From positions 192,001 to 256,000 of the forward strand of contig JAEOUA010000007.1 in the NCBI GenBank assembly GCA_016839555.1: DNA of 64,000 bases, in the 5' to 3' direction. This document shows, in pieces, positions 30,596 to 40,949 of the stretch. The translations under genes and the position numbers were made by a program. The stretch's first letter is position 1. Each line of letters begins with the position of its first letter. The notes under the pieces were generated by a model. The model was not told the DNA's origin, did no database searches, and saw only the letters and a list, made by a program, of their open reading frames with translations. The stretch is from Promethearchaeota archaeon (GTDB taxonomy: Archaea > Asgardarchaeota > Lokiarchaeia > Sigyniarchaeales > SOKP01).

Positions 30596-32803
30596 TTGAT
30601 TTTTCGAAAGAACTTCCCCTTTACGGCGATTCTTGGACAAGAAAAAATGAAAAGGGCTTTAATATTAAATGTTATTGATCCTCAAATTGGCGGCGTACTC
30701 TTGCAAGGTCATCAAGGAACAGGAAAATCTACAGCGGTACGCTCGCTTGTTGAAGTTATGCCTCAAATTGAGGTAGTTGTGGGATGCCCCTTTTCTTGTG
30801 ATCCCAACTCTGATATTGATGAATTATGTGTGGAATGCCAAGAAAAGAAGGAAAAAGGAGAACTTCAAACAAAAAAGCGAGGAATGAAGCTGGTTAACCT
30901 TCCTCTTGGAGTTACAGAAGATATGGTGTGTGGTTCTCTTTCAATTGATAAAGTTCTTGCTGAAGGAATATCTGAATTGCATCCAGGACTCTTGGCGAAA
31001 GCAAATCGTGGTATTCTCTATATTGATGAAATAAATCTTCTCCAAGATCATATAGTAGATACATTATTAGATGCATCTGCTTCTGGTATTAATATCATTG
31101 AAAGAGAAGGAATTTCAGTGACACATCCCGCAAGATTTATATTAGTAGGAAGCATGAATCCAGAGGAAGGAGAATTAAGGCCACAGATCGCAGACCGTCT
31201 CGGACTTGAAGTAAAGATAGAAGCTCCCCGTGATCCCGAACTACGGGCAGAGATTACCAAACGCGTTATTGATTTTAATGATACTCCAAGGGAATTTATA
31301 GAGCGCAATGAAGAAGAACAAAAAAATTTAAAGGAACGCATCAGAAAAGCAAGAAAAATCGTAAAAGATATAAAAATTCCCAGTAATGTTTATGAACTAG
31401 TTTCTAAAATAGTAAATGAATTAGAGATTTTTTCTCAGAGGGCAGATATCACATTTATTCGATGTGCACGTGCTAATGCGGCTTTTAATTTGAGAAACGT
31501 GATTAGTGCAGAAGATTTAGATTTTGCAATGGATTTAGTATTTGAACATAGAATAAAATCATTACATTATGAAATGACTCCCAAAGAAATTAAAGATAAA
31601 TTAAAAGAAGTTTATGGAAAAATTCAAGAAGCTTACGAAGATCCCAATATTTATCAGCCGAATGATGAAACTGAAGGGCCTTTAAAGCATTCTGATGAGC
31701 CTCAAAAAGAATTTAAACGACAATCTTTAGACCCAGATAAAGTAGATATTCCAGAATCAGAGGAGCAAAAATTCCCACCTCCTAAATATGAAGATAAAAG
31801 AAAAAGAGATGCCAGTCCAGCTGGCGGTTGGAAAGTAAAAGATATCCCCTCAGATGAGGACTTTAATTTAACATATGATGATTTCAATACCATGCCTTTT
31901 ATCTACAGAATGGAGAAAAAAATGAATTCAATATTAGATGGAATACGTAAGCAAAGAAAAATATCAGATTATGGTGGGAGAGGAATTGGAAGAAGAATCA
32001 AAATTGCCTCATCTCAAAAGGGAAGATATGTTTCATTTCGTCATCCCATTAATTCGCATCCCAAATCTTTAGCTTTAGATGCTACAATACGATCTTATTT
32101 AAAAAATACGTTGTATAATAAATCTGATATTAGTTTTCCAATTCGATTTGATAAATATGATCTACGAGATAAAATTTTTGAATATCGTGCTCCATTAGCT
32201 CTCTTTTTTGTTTTAGATTGTTCAGCATCAATGTATTATGTTATCAAGCAAATGAAAGATGTAATTTTATCACTTCAACGAGAAGGATATAGAAAGAAAG
32301 ATAAAATCAGTTTGATAGCATTTCGAGGAAAGCAAGCGGTGGTTCTGCAAAAACCAACAGTATCGTTTCGCAAGGCAATTCATAAATTAAACAATTTAGA
32401 AGGAAGGAGCTACACTCCCATGGCGAGTGGTTTAGAAAAGTGTAAAGAATTAATAAAAATTGAGAAATTAAAAAATAGGAACATTATTCCAGTCATCTTT
32501 ATATGCTCCGATTGTGGAGCCAATATCTCTCACAAGCATCCCGATTTAATTGCTCAGATTGAAAGCGATTATGCTTTAATTGTCGAAGAACTAAAGGAGT
32601 TAACAAAATCATTATCACGTCGGGATATTCATATTATTGTTTTAGAGCCGAAAAAGAGCTATGCTACACGAGCTTTAGGTGTTCACCCTTATAGCGCTAA
32701 TAAAATTAAAGAAAATTTCAAGAAATACGGAAACGCTGACATTTACAAATTTGACGAGTATCATCCCGAAAGTTTAATCCTAAAACTTAAGAAGATCTTA
32801 TAA
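30596..32803 (+). CDS. ChlI/ChlD-type AAA+ ATPase fused to a vWA domain (chelatase-like)
   Basis: FPFTAILGQ, GHQGTGKS, LPLGVTED, LYIDEIN, NPEEGELRPQ; MIDAS DCSAS. Confidence 0.92.
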   Translation: MIFRKNFPFTAILGQEKMKRALILNVIDPQIGGVLLQGHQGTGKSTAVRSLVEVMPQIEVVVGCPFSCDPNSDIDELCVECQEKKEKGELQTKKRGMKLVNLPLGVTEDMVCGSLSIDKVLAEGISELHPGLLAKANRGILYIDEINLLQDHIVDTLLDASASGINIIEREGISVTHPARFILVGSMNPEEGELRPQIADRLGLEVKIEAPRDPELRAEITKRVIDFNDTPREFIERNEEEQKNLKERIRKARKIVKDIKIPSNVYELVSKIVNELEIFSQRADITFIRCARANAAFNLRNVISAEDLDFAMDLVFEHRIKSLHYEMTPKEIKDKLKEVYGKIQEAYEDPNIYQPNDETEGPLKHSDEPQKEFKRQSLDPDKVDIPESEEQKFPPPKYEDKRKRDASPAGGWKVKDIPSDEDFNLTYDDFNTMPFIYRMEKKMNSILDGIRKQRKISDYGGRGIGRRIKIASSQKGRYVSFRHPINSHPKSLALDATIRSYLKNTLYNKSDISFPIRFDKYDLRDKIFEYRAPLALFFVLDCSASMYYVIKQMKDVILSLQREGYRKKDKISLIAFRGKQAVVLQKPTVSFRKAIHKLNNLEGRSYTPMASGLEKCKELIKIEKLKNRNIIPVIFICSDCGANISHKHPDLIAQIESDYALIVEELKELTKSLSRRDIHIIVLEPKKSYATRALGVHPYSANKIKENFKKYGNADIYKFDEYHPESLILKLKKIL

Positions 32804-32974
32804 TCTATTAATAAATATCGCTTCTAATTCAATTAAGATTATTCTTTTAATATCCCGAGTACAAACATTAATAATTTTTAATTATTTTATTTATAATTTT
32901 CTTAGACTTTAATTTTAGTCAAATTAATAATCAAGATATATCTATTTAAAAAAATTATAGGAAGATGATAATAA

Positions 32975-33328
32975 TTGGTGGATCGAAACCTTTTTGAGAA
33001 ATTTAAAGAAGCTAGCAAGCTAATACAAAAAGTGGAAATAGATAATGAAAAATTAACACTATTTTGGGCTAATAATAAAAAAGAAATTTTTTTTTTATCA
33101 GACCTAAGAAAAGTTGCATTAATTACTACGAATGAAGGACCATTTCAACCTGATATATTTTGGTTATTAATGTTTAGAATACCTATTATGGTGCCGAGTG
33201 ATGAATTAATTCCAGGCTCTCTAAAAATTACCGATTATATATTAAATTTACCAAATTTTAATTATGATAAATATATTGCAGCCATTTCATCTACTGATAA
33301 TCAGGGTTTTGAATTGTGGGAAAAATGA
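32975..33328 (+). CDS. Hypothetical protein (possible PH-like fold)
   Basis: 117 aa, beta-rich, TTNEGPFQPDIFWLL motif; the fold guess is weak. Confidence 0.55.
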   Translation: MVDRNLFEKFKEASKLIQKVEIDNEKLTLFWANNKKEIFFLSDLRKVALITTNEGPFQPDIFWLLMFRIPIMVPSDELIPGSLKITDYILNLPNFNYDKYIAAISSTDNQGFELWEK

Positions 33329-33405
33329 TAAAAAGTTTTAATTTAAACTAAGTGTTTATCAAAAATATTTTGAAATTTTTATAATATAGATATTTAATTG
33401 ATCAA

Positions 33406-34647
33406 ATGGATAAAAATAAAATATTAGTAATTGGTTTTAATTCAAGACCTTTAGTCTATTCTCTCTATCAAGCAGGATATAATGTATATACGGTGGATTT
33501 CTTCGGAGATTTGGATTTATACCCTTATGTTGAAGATTGTATAATACTTATTGATGAATTGAAGAAGAATTATAAGGATATTAAAGAGAACTATAAAACC
33601 TATTTAGCAAAGTTTGCTATAAAACTATTTGATAGATATTCCCACATTAAATATTTATTAATTGGAAGTGGGTTAGATGATGCATTTAATGAAAGAAAAA
33701 TGATTTTAAAAAAAATTGAACAAATCAAACCTATTATAAATCTTAATAACGACATACAAACAATCCGAAAAGCGAGAAATATTTTTAAAATTTATCAGTA
33801 CTTAAAGGATCAAGAATTTCCTACTCCATTAACTGTGAAATTAAATAAGATTAAATTAAAAAACCTACCATTAGAGTATCCTTTTATTTTAAAGAAATTA
33901 ACAAGTTCTGGAGGTACTAATGTGTATAAAATTAAAAATCAGAATGAGTTTAATTCTAGCTATAAGCATATCAAAGATGACCATGAACAAAAAAAATGGA
34001 TTATGCAAGAATTTATCGAAGGAATCCCCGCTAGTTGTACTATTATATCTAATGGATTTGACGCAGAAGTTATTTCCGTTAATCTTCAAATTATCGGAAT
34101 GGACAAGTTAAACCCCCCAGGAGAATTTATATATTGTGGTAATATTGTTCCATCAAATTTATCGAAAGCAGACAAGAGAAAAATAATGAAACTTTCTTTA
34201 TATTTAACAAAAACCTTAAAATTAAAAGGAATCAATGGTTTTGATTTTGTACTCAGAAATCATCAACCTTTTCTAATGGAAATTAACCCTCGAATTCCTG
34301 GCTCAATTAGAGCTTCTGAAGAATCATTAGGATTGAATTTATTAAAATTACATATAGACAGTTTTCATCTTGATAAGTGGGAATATATCAAGGAATTAAT
34401 TCAATCTGCAAAACAAACTAAAAATACCTGGTGTACAAAATTAATTTTTTTTGCTCCAAAAGATATAGGAACAGAAATTATTAAAGAAATAAACAAGATA
34501 TCCTGCATTCACGATAAATCAAAGCCAGAAAATGATATAAAGAAAGGAGAGCCGGTATGTACTATTCTTTATCAAAATGTAGAATGTGAGGCTTCTTTTT
34601 ATGGAGCTTTAAAAATTGTAGAGGAAATTTATGAATTAATCAAATAA
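33406..34647 (+). CDS. ATP-grasp protein (COG2232-like)
   Basis: VDFFGDLD, SSGG, QEFIEG, YCGN, GINGFDF, EINPRIPGS. Confidence 0.88.
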   Translation: MDKNKILVIGFNSRPLVYSLYQAGYNVYTVDFFGDLDLYPYVEDCIILIDELKKNYKDIKENYKTYLAKFAIKLFDRYSHIKYLLIGSGLDDAFNERKMILKKIEQIKPIINLNNDIQTIRKARNIFKIYQYLKDQEFPTPLTVKLNKIKLKNLPLEYPFILKKLTSSGGTNVYKIKNQNEFNSSYKHIKDDHEQKKWIMQEFIEGIPASCTIISNGFDAEVISVNLQIIGMDKLNPPGEFIYCGNIVPSNLSKADKRKIMKLSLYLTKTLKLKGINGFDFVLRNHQPFLMEINPRIPGSIRASEESLGLNLLKLHIDSFHLDKWEYIKELIQSAKQTKNTWCTKLIFFAPKDIGTEIIKEINKISCIHDKSKPENDIKKGEPVCTILYQNVECEASFYGALKIVEEIYELIK

Positions 34648-34685
34648 ATACTATATATAACTTATTAAAAAAGCTATTTGATATT

Positions 34686-35444
34686 CTAAATTAGAGATTT
34701 GATTTTTGCTACATAACTTTTTATCTTAGTATCTTTTCCCTCAGGCACGGCAATACATAAGATACGAGACTCATCTAACTCATGTACAATTATAGATCCT
34801 AATGCACCTGAAATTATGCTATATTCATGAATTTCATTAAATAATAATACATTAAATAAAGAATTTATAGCAGAAAGCATAGCTGAAAGCATAGGCTCCG
34901 CCATTGTGGATTGGACTCTAATTGGTATCCCATCTTTAGTAATAATTGCGATTATTAATGCATTTGGTATTGCTAGTTTTAATTTTACAAAAATTTCCTC
35001 TTTTAAGATATCTGAAGTTTCAACCATTGCAGAAATTTTGAGCGAAAATGCTCTTAAATTTGAACTGTACTTATTTATTCCTTCTAATTCTGCCAATTCA
35101 CGATTTAGATAAGCAATTAATGTAATATATTCTGTTAAAATAGATATAATAATCTTGTTTTTTCCTACAACTAAATCATAGGAAATATCTTGGTTTAGTG
35201 AATTCTTGAGCAATTTTGATGATAAGAAGAGCATACTACTATTTGCAGCCGTAATTTCACCCCATTTCAAATCAACATCTTGTTTAACTTGACTTGCGAT
35301 TAATACTCCTTCATGAGTTCCACAAAAAATTCCAATTATCGCGTTATCATCTTCTAATTGTTTTTTAATTAACTCCTCTATTTCAATTTTCAATTTTTGC
35401 ATTTTGCTATTTCCTTGACTCATGATAAATAAAAAAAAAATCAT
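34686..35444 (-). CDS. Tandem Roadblock/LC7-domain protein
   Basis: Two units: GTHEGVLIAS...ITAANSSM and IITKDGIPI...LSAMLSA. Confidence 0.78.
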   Translation of the reverse strand: MIFFLFIMSQGNSKMQKLKIEIEELIKKQLEDDNAIIGIFCGTHEGVLIASQVKQDVDLKWGEITAANSSMLFLSSKLLKNSLNQDISYDLVVGKNKIIISILTEYITLIAYLNRELAELEGINKYSSNLRAFSLKISAMVETSDILKEEIFVKLKLAIPNALIIAIITKDGIPIRVQSTMAEPMLSAMLSAINSLFNVLLFNEIHEYSIISGALGSIIVHELDESRILCIAVPEGKDTKIKSYVAKIKSLI

Positions 35445-35594
35445 CTTTTTATGCTTTTTGATAATAAATTTATTTTTTTATTAATAGGTCTCCTAGATAC
35501 CTATATAAATTTTTATAAACAAATTATAAATATTACCTCGGTATATAATATTAAATAACGATTTCAATTTTTTAATTAATTAATTTATTAGAAG

Positions 35595-36392
35595 ATGGAA
35601 GAAGAAATAAGAAGAGAATTCTCAGAGATAAAGAAAGAGATATTAAGTTTAAAAGACTCGCTGAGATTAAAAGAGGAACAAATCCAAACACTGAAAGAAT
35701 CTTTAAAATACAAAGACAAAAAGATAGAAGATCTTGAAGAATCTTTAAAAGATAAAGATTTTGAAAGAAAAGAATTAATACAACAAATGAAACAGAAGCA
35801 ACTAAAAATAGAGAAATTAAAGCAAACGCTTAATAATCAAGTCTCTTTGGCAGAAAAAGATAAAAAAATTAGTGAACTTCAAAATATTATTAATCAATTA
35901 AATGAAAAATTGGAAAAAACTGAAGAAATCCTCGAGAACAAGGAATCAGAGGGGATTTTTTCTAAAGGAGAGATTATTGATTTTACTAATCTTGAGACGA
36001 ATTATCAAAAGATTTTAAATAAAATGAATGAAATCTTAATTAATACTTTACATAGCGTAAATATTATTGTTCCATGTATCACTGATCTAGAAAAGTTATC
36101 CCTTTATGATATAAAATCAAATATTATGGTAAAAATTTCATGTTTAATTGATCCTAATATAAAAGAACATGCAGAATTATTTGATGAGTATCAATTTAGT
36201 GAGAATATATCTATTAGGAATTATGAGAGAGAAGATAAATTTATTATTTTAAGAGATAATGAAGAATTATTATTTTCTATTATTGGAAATGAGGAAAATA
36301 ATCCATTAACATTTTATACTCGTGATACTGAGCATATAAAAGCCCTTACGCCAATGGTTATGGATATATGGCTCCGTTCTAAAAAAATTTAA
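35595..36392 (+). CDS. Coiled-coil protein with C-terminal TrmB/PLD-like domain
   Basis: About 120-aa heptad repeats, then SVNIIVP...IRNY...IILRDNEELLF; no HKD motif. Confidence 0.7.
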   Translation: MEEEIRREFSEIKKEILSLKDSLRLKEEQIQTLKESLKYKDKKIEDLEESLKDKDFERKELIQQMKQKQLKIEKLKQTLNNQVSLAEKDKKISELQNIINQLNEKLEKTEEILENKESEGIFSKGEIIDFTNLETNYQKILNKMNEILINTLHSVNIIVPCITDLEKLSLYDIKSNIMVKISCLIDPNIKEHAELFDEYQFSENISIRNYEREDKFIILRDNEELLFSIIGNEENNPLTFYTRDTEHIKALTPMVMDIWLRSKKI

Positions 36393-36408
36393 AAAATATT
36401 TTCTAATT

Positions 36409-37257
36409 TTATTCTATATCCACGTAGCTCCTCTTTCTATTTTTAAAATGAGCAAGCTTTGTAAATCCTATATCCTTTAATATTTTTATCATAAAACCAA
36501 ATTTATACGCTATTTCATTTGGACTATGAGCATCTGAACTAAGAAGCACTGGGATATCCAATTCATAAATCTTTTTTATAATTTCGATACTAGGATATTG
36601 TTCTTTTACATCTTTTCTAAATCCACTAGTATTGATTTCGATTACTAAATTCCTTTGCTTAATATAATTTAAAACTTCTAAAACCTTATCCATAATCTTA
36701 TTAGGATTTTCAGGAAATTTATTAAACTTCTTCGGGAGATCTAAATGTGAGATTATATCAAAATCAAATTCTTTTGTATTTACCATCTCAATGATTGAAT
36801 TATAATAATGAATATACACTTCATCAACATTTGCATATTGATTAAATTTATCTAAAAATCTACTATCGTCGAAACACCATGGACCTTTTTCTGTAAAAAG
36901 GATATGAATAGAGCCTAAAATATAATCTAATTGAGTTTTCACATTATCAAGAATTGTATTTAATTTGTTTACCTGTTTTGGGATGTAATCGATTTCAAAT
37001 GCACTTCTTATATTAATTTTTTTTTTATATTTTTTTTTTAACTTTTGAATAATCGATAAATATCCACTCATTTCCTCTATTTTCATACCATATTCTTCAT
37101 AGGGAATTCCTTCTAAACCATCATAGAATTCATATGGAAAATGATCGCTAATTCCGATTGTATCGATTCTTTTTTTAATTGCATAATTAATATAATCTTC
37201 TATATTTCCTTTAGCGTGTTTACAGAGTTGATTGTGGGTATGAAAGTCCTCGATCAC
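36409..37257 (-). CDS. hisJ: Histidinol-phosphatase, PHP family
   Basis: DFHTH...CKHAKG, ISDH, GSIH, SHLD, EINTSG, SSDAH. Confidence 0.88.
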   Translation of the reverse strand: MIEDFHTHNQLCKHAKGNIEDYINYAIKKRIDTIGISDHFPYEFYDGLEGIPYEEYGMKIEEMSGYLSIIQKLKKKYKKKINIRSAFEIDYIPKQVNKLNTILDNVKTQLDYILGSIHILFTEKGPWCFDDSRFLDKFNQYANVDEVYIHYYNSIIEMVNTKEFDFDIISHLDLPKKFNKFPENPNKIMDKVLEVLNYIKQRNLVIEINTSGFRKDVKEQYPSIEIIKKIYELDIPVLLSSDAHSPNEIAYKFGFMIKILKDIGFTKLAHFKNRKRSYVDIE

Positions 37258-37593
37258 GTTTAAATTAATTAATAAAATAAGTTAAAATTTTTCCCATTAT
37301 TTTACAAGTAAGGAATATAAACTATTTTTTTGAAGATTTATAATCTAATATTAAAAGTTTCAATCTATATATAGCTCCTAATAAATAAAACAATTAATTT
37401 AAGAACTTAAATAAATTGAGAGATAATTAAAATTTTATAAGTTATAATTTCCAATAATTTTAAAGAGAAGAATATATTTATCCTTACTATTATTGTATAT
37501 AATAAGAATATTTAAGATTAAGAAGTTCGAAATTTTTTTATAGTTAATTAACTTACATTTTTTAAAAAAATTCAATATTTAAGGTATGTCAAT

Positions 37594-38142
37594 ATGAAAA
37601 AAAAAAACCTAAGTCTGCTTCTCCTATTTGTCGTAATTGTCTATGCTATTTCCATAATAATAAGTCTATTAATATACTTATACTTTCAAGATTTTATTGA
37701 AGTCTATCTTTCATTAATTCCATTTATAGTTGCCATACCCGCAGCGTTATTATCTAGAGGATTTCAAAAACGTGCTAGTTATATTAAATCGCTTCAAGAA
37801 ATTTGGCCCTCCTTAGTAAAAACAGGCAGAAAAGCTATAGAATATCCCTACATCAAAAATCCTACTGCTGATCATTTTCGTGATGTTATGCTATTATTAG
37901 CTGTCTCTATAGATCATCTTCGAATGTTGTTTAAAAATGTCGCGGGGTTTTATCCCGTAGAAAGTTTAAAAACAATTTATGAGGAATTCGATAAAATTAG
38001 AGATACTTATCAATTTAAAAATCCTGATAAAGCTCGTAATAGAATTTCAGCATTATGGCATCAAGCACGAGATGCAATACTCGTAGAGTTTGATAGGGTT
38101 ATTCCAACTAGATACATTGCCCCAGAATTAGAAATAGATTAA
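37594..38142 (+). CDS. Membrane-anchored hypothetical protein
   Basis: Two N-terminal TM helices plus a soluble helical domain. Confidence 0.65.
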   Translation: MKKKNLSLLLLFVVIVYAISIIISLLIYLYFQDFIEVYLSLIPFIVAIPAALLSRGFQKRASYIKSLQEIWPSLVKTGRKAIEYPYIKNPTADHFRDVMLLLAVSIDHLRMLFKNVAGFYPVESLKTIYEEFDKIRDTYQFKNPDKARNRISALWHQARDAILVEFDRVIPTRYIAPELEID

Positions 38143-38269
38143 AATATTTATTCAAATTAAATTTATTTTTTTATTTTTTTAGTTGTTCAAGTTATTGAAA
38201 AATCTTATTGATTTTTAGCAAATACTTTAATTTAAAAAATAATTTAGGTTAAATTATAAAAAAAAAAAA

Positions 38270-39109
38270 ATGAACAGAAACGAATTTAAAAAGATATATG
38301 ATGGTCCATATGAAGTTTCTGCTATAGAAATCGATAATGAAGATCAAATTTTTAAAGGACTGGTTTATTTTCCCCCAGAAGAATATATTAAGCCTTGTCC
38401 TGTAATATTGTATTTTCACGAATTTCCTCAATTATTTGCTTTACAAGAAATTGTAAAAAGATATAAATATTTATTAGATTTAGGTTATGCTTTTATTTGT
38501 GTTAATTTTAGAGGATTCAGATATAGTGAGGGAACAATTTCGATTGCTTCACAAGTTTCAGACGGAATGAAACTACTTGAATTCGCTAAAAGGATGGCTG
38601 AAAAAAATAAATTTATCTTAGAAAATATTAATATTTTAGCTTATGATTTAGGAGCTTATATTGCGTTATTAGTTTGCTCTAAATCACCCTTTATAAATAA
38701 ATTATTATTATTATCTCCCATTTTAGATTTAAGAAAGCATGTAGAGAATAAGGAATTTGAAAATATTTTAAAATATATAAATAAATTTTTACCGGGTAAT
38801 ATTCGAGGAATTGAAAATCCTATAGAATTCATACAAATGACTAGAGAAGAGCTTTCGATGAAGCAATATCAAATTAAAAACGCAATTAAAGATTTAAAGA
38901 TTAATAAATTGAAAATTATAATTGGACAAAATGATAAAATCACGCCTATTTTCGAATTAGAACTTTTAAATATAAATATTCAATCAAATATAATTATGAA
39001 AACAAGTATTATTAACTCTATGGATCATGATCCAGTTGAGGATAAAGAAATGGAACAAATTAAGAAAGAAATAATTAAATTTTTTAAAGAATCAAGAAAT
39101 AATAGATAA
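38270..39109 (+). CDS. Alpha/beta hydrolase with atypical nucleophile elbow
   Basis: NFRGFRYSEG, AYDLG (versus GxSxG), GQNDKIT, MDHD. Confidence 0.8.
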   Translation: MNRNEFKKIYDGPYEVSAIEIDNEDQIFKGLVYFPPEEYIKPCPVILYFHEFPQLFALQEIVKRYKYLLDLGYAFICVNFRGFRYSEGTISIASQVSDGMKLLEFAKRMAEKNKFILENINILAYDLGAYIALLVCSKSPFINKLLLLSPILDLRKHVENKEFENILKYINKFLPGNIRGIENPIEFIQMTREELSMKQYQIKNAIKDLKINKLKIIIGQNDKITPIFELELLNINIQSNIIMKTSIINSMDHDPVEDKEMEQIKKEIIKFFKESRNNR

Positions 39110-39186
39110 TTTATATTAAATAATTAATCAAAAAGTATAACTTTCATATTTAAAAATAATATATAAAGAGATTGTTTGTTTTCCCA

Positions 39187-40683
39187 TCACAATTGATTTA
39201 GGAGAGTAATTAAAAAATTCCAAAACTTTTCTACACTTGGCACATTCAATTTTTCATCTGGCGAATGGCATGCTAATATAGTTGGCCCTATGGTAATCAT
39301 TTGTAAATCTGGAGCCTTAACTTTAAAAGCACCACATTCCAGACCTGCATGCATAGCTTTTATTTGTGGTTCTTCATTATTTATCTCTTTATATACTTTT
39401 TTTGCTATAGAAAGCAATTTTTCATTAAAATTTGGTTCCCAGACCCCATAACCTCCAACATTTTTAATTTTGACATTTAACTCCGGCAAATCCAAAAGAG
39501 CAGAAACTTTTTCAGCTGTTTGAGAATTACATTGTAAATTAAAACTTCGATGGAGCATCTCTATTTTTAGTTTACTCTTTTTTGTATTGATTGATGCTAA
39601 ATTGGTAGAGGTATATATTAAATCTTCTAAATTAGGATGTCTTGAAATAGGTCCGTGAGGGAGAAGATATAATACATTTAATATTTTAATTTGAAGATCG
39701 TTAGTTATAACCATGTTAGATATCTCACTTTTATTTAACTTTTCCGATTTTATTTTAATTTGGCTCTCTACGCCATTATATTCAGTATTTAAATCATCTT
39801 GTACTATTTTTAATAAACTAACAATTTCAGAAAATTCTTCCTTTTGTATATACAGAATTGCAAAAGCTTCTCTCGGGATTGCATTAAAACTTTTTCCTCC
39901 TGAAATAGATTCTAAATAAACATCAAAATTTTTATTGATAGCTCTTAAAATTCTTGCTAATAATTTAATAGCATTTGCCCTCCCTTTATCGATATCTAAA
40001 CCTGAATGCCCCCCTAATAACCCTTTAATGGAGATTTTTATAGGAAGTAAATTGGTAGTTAATTCATCAATAGGTATTCTTTTAACTCGTATTTGAATAG
40101 TTGAGTACATACCTCCTACACTGCCAATTACTATGGTTTCAGCGTCCATACAATCAAGATTTATTAAATAATTCACATCGAGTATATCTGGAGATACTTG
40201 GAATGCCCCGATTAACCCTTCTTCTTCATTTACTGTGAATAAAAGTGTTATAGCTAAATTTTGGAGATTCAGCTTATTCTGATAAATTAATTTCATTAAG
40301 GCTAAAGAATATGCCAATCCTACCCCATTATCAGCTCCTAAAGTGGTGCCCTCTGCTGTAATCCATTCTTGTCCATTTACTTCAATCTCTTTTAATTTCA
40401 AAGGATCTTTAGTAAAATCATGTACTATATTTGAACTTTTTTCACAGACCATGTCAAAATGACTCTGTAATATGATTTGAGTAGCGTTTTTAGTGTTTGA
40501 AGGTATTTTGACCAATAAATTACCCGCTTTATCAATTATTGTTTTAAAGCCAAATTTTTCCGCTTCCTTTTTGATATAAGCTCTTATTGGATCTTCGTTT
40601 CCAGAACATCGTGGAATTTCTGAAATCTTCTTAAAATACTCCCAAAATTCCTTTGGTTTGCTTAACTGATTAAAATCATTCAT
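39187..40683 (-). CDS. pepD: Aminoacyl-histidine dipeptidase (M20)
   Basis: IPRCSGNE, LQSHFDMV, GTTLGADNG, EEEGL, GGHSG, HAGLECG, HSPDE. Confidence 0.93.
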   Translation of the reverse strand: MNDFNQLSKPKEFWEYFKKISEIPRCSGNEDPIRAYIKKEAEKFGFKTIIDKAGNLLVKIPSNTKNATQIILQSHFDMVCEKSSNIVHDFTKDPLKLKEIEVNGQEWITAEGTTLGADNGVGLAYSLALMKLIYQNKLNLQNLAITLLFTVNEEEGLIGAFQVSPDILDVNYLINLDCMDAETIVIGSVGGMYSTIQIRVKRIPIDELTTNLLPIKISIKGLLGGHSGLDIDKGRANAIKLLARILRAINKNFDVYLESISGGKSFNAIPREAFAILYIQKEEFSEIVSLLKIVQDDLNTEYNGVESQIKIKSEKLNKSEISNMVITNDLQIKILNVLYLLPHGPISRHPNLEDLIYTSTNLASINTKKSKLKIEMLHRSFNLQCNSQTAEKVSALLDLPELNVKIKNVGGYGVWEPNFNEKLLSIAKKVYKEINNEEPQIKAMHAGLECGAFKVKAPDLQMITIGPTILACHSPDEKLNVPSVEKFWNFLITLLNQL

Positions 40684-40949
40684 ATATTACTTTTTGCCTC
40701 ATGTATTTGTATTTGATATTCCATATCTTTTCTTATTAATCAATATTGTAAATTATTCTTATAATTATCTTTACAACTTTTTTAATAAACTTATTTTATT
40801 CTAAGAATTATTATTTTTGAAATAGTATAAATACGTGTAAGATTGCTTTTGTGTTAAATTTGATAATTAAAAATTTCTGAGAAAAAGATTTTAAATAATA
40901 AGGTTACTAATAATAATATATTAATAATTTTTTTAAAGAGTGGGAAATA

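Noticed and set aside
30596-32803. Proteasomal Rpt/Rpn10 equivalent
   Set aside because: Motifs are ChlI/ChlD clade, not PAN/Rpt
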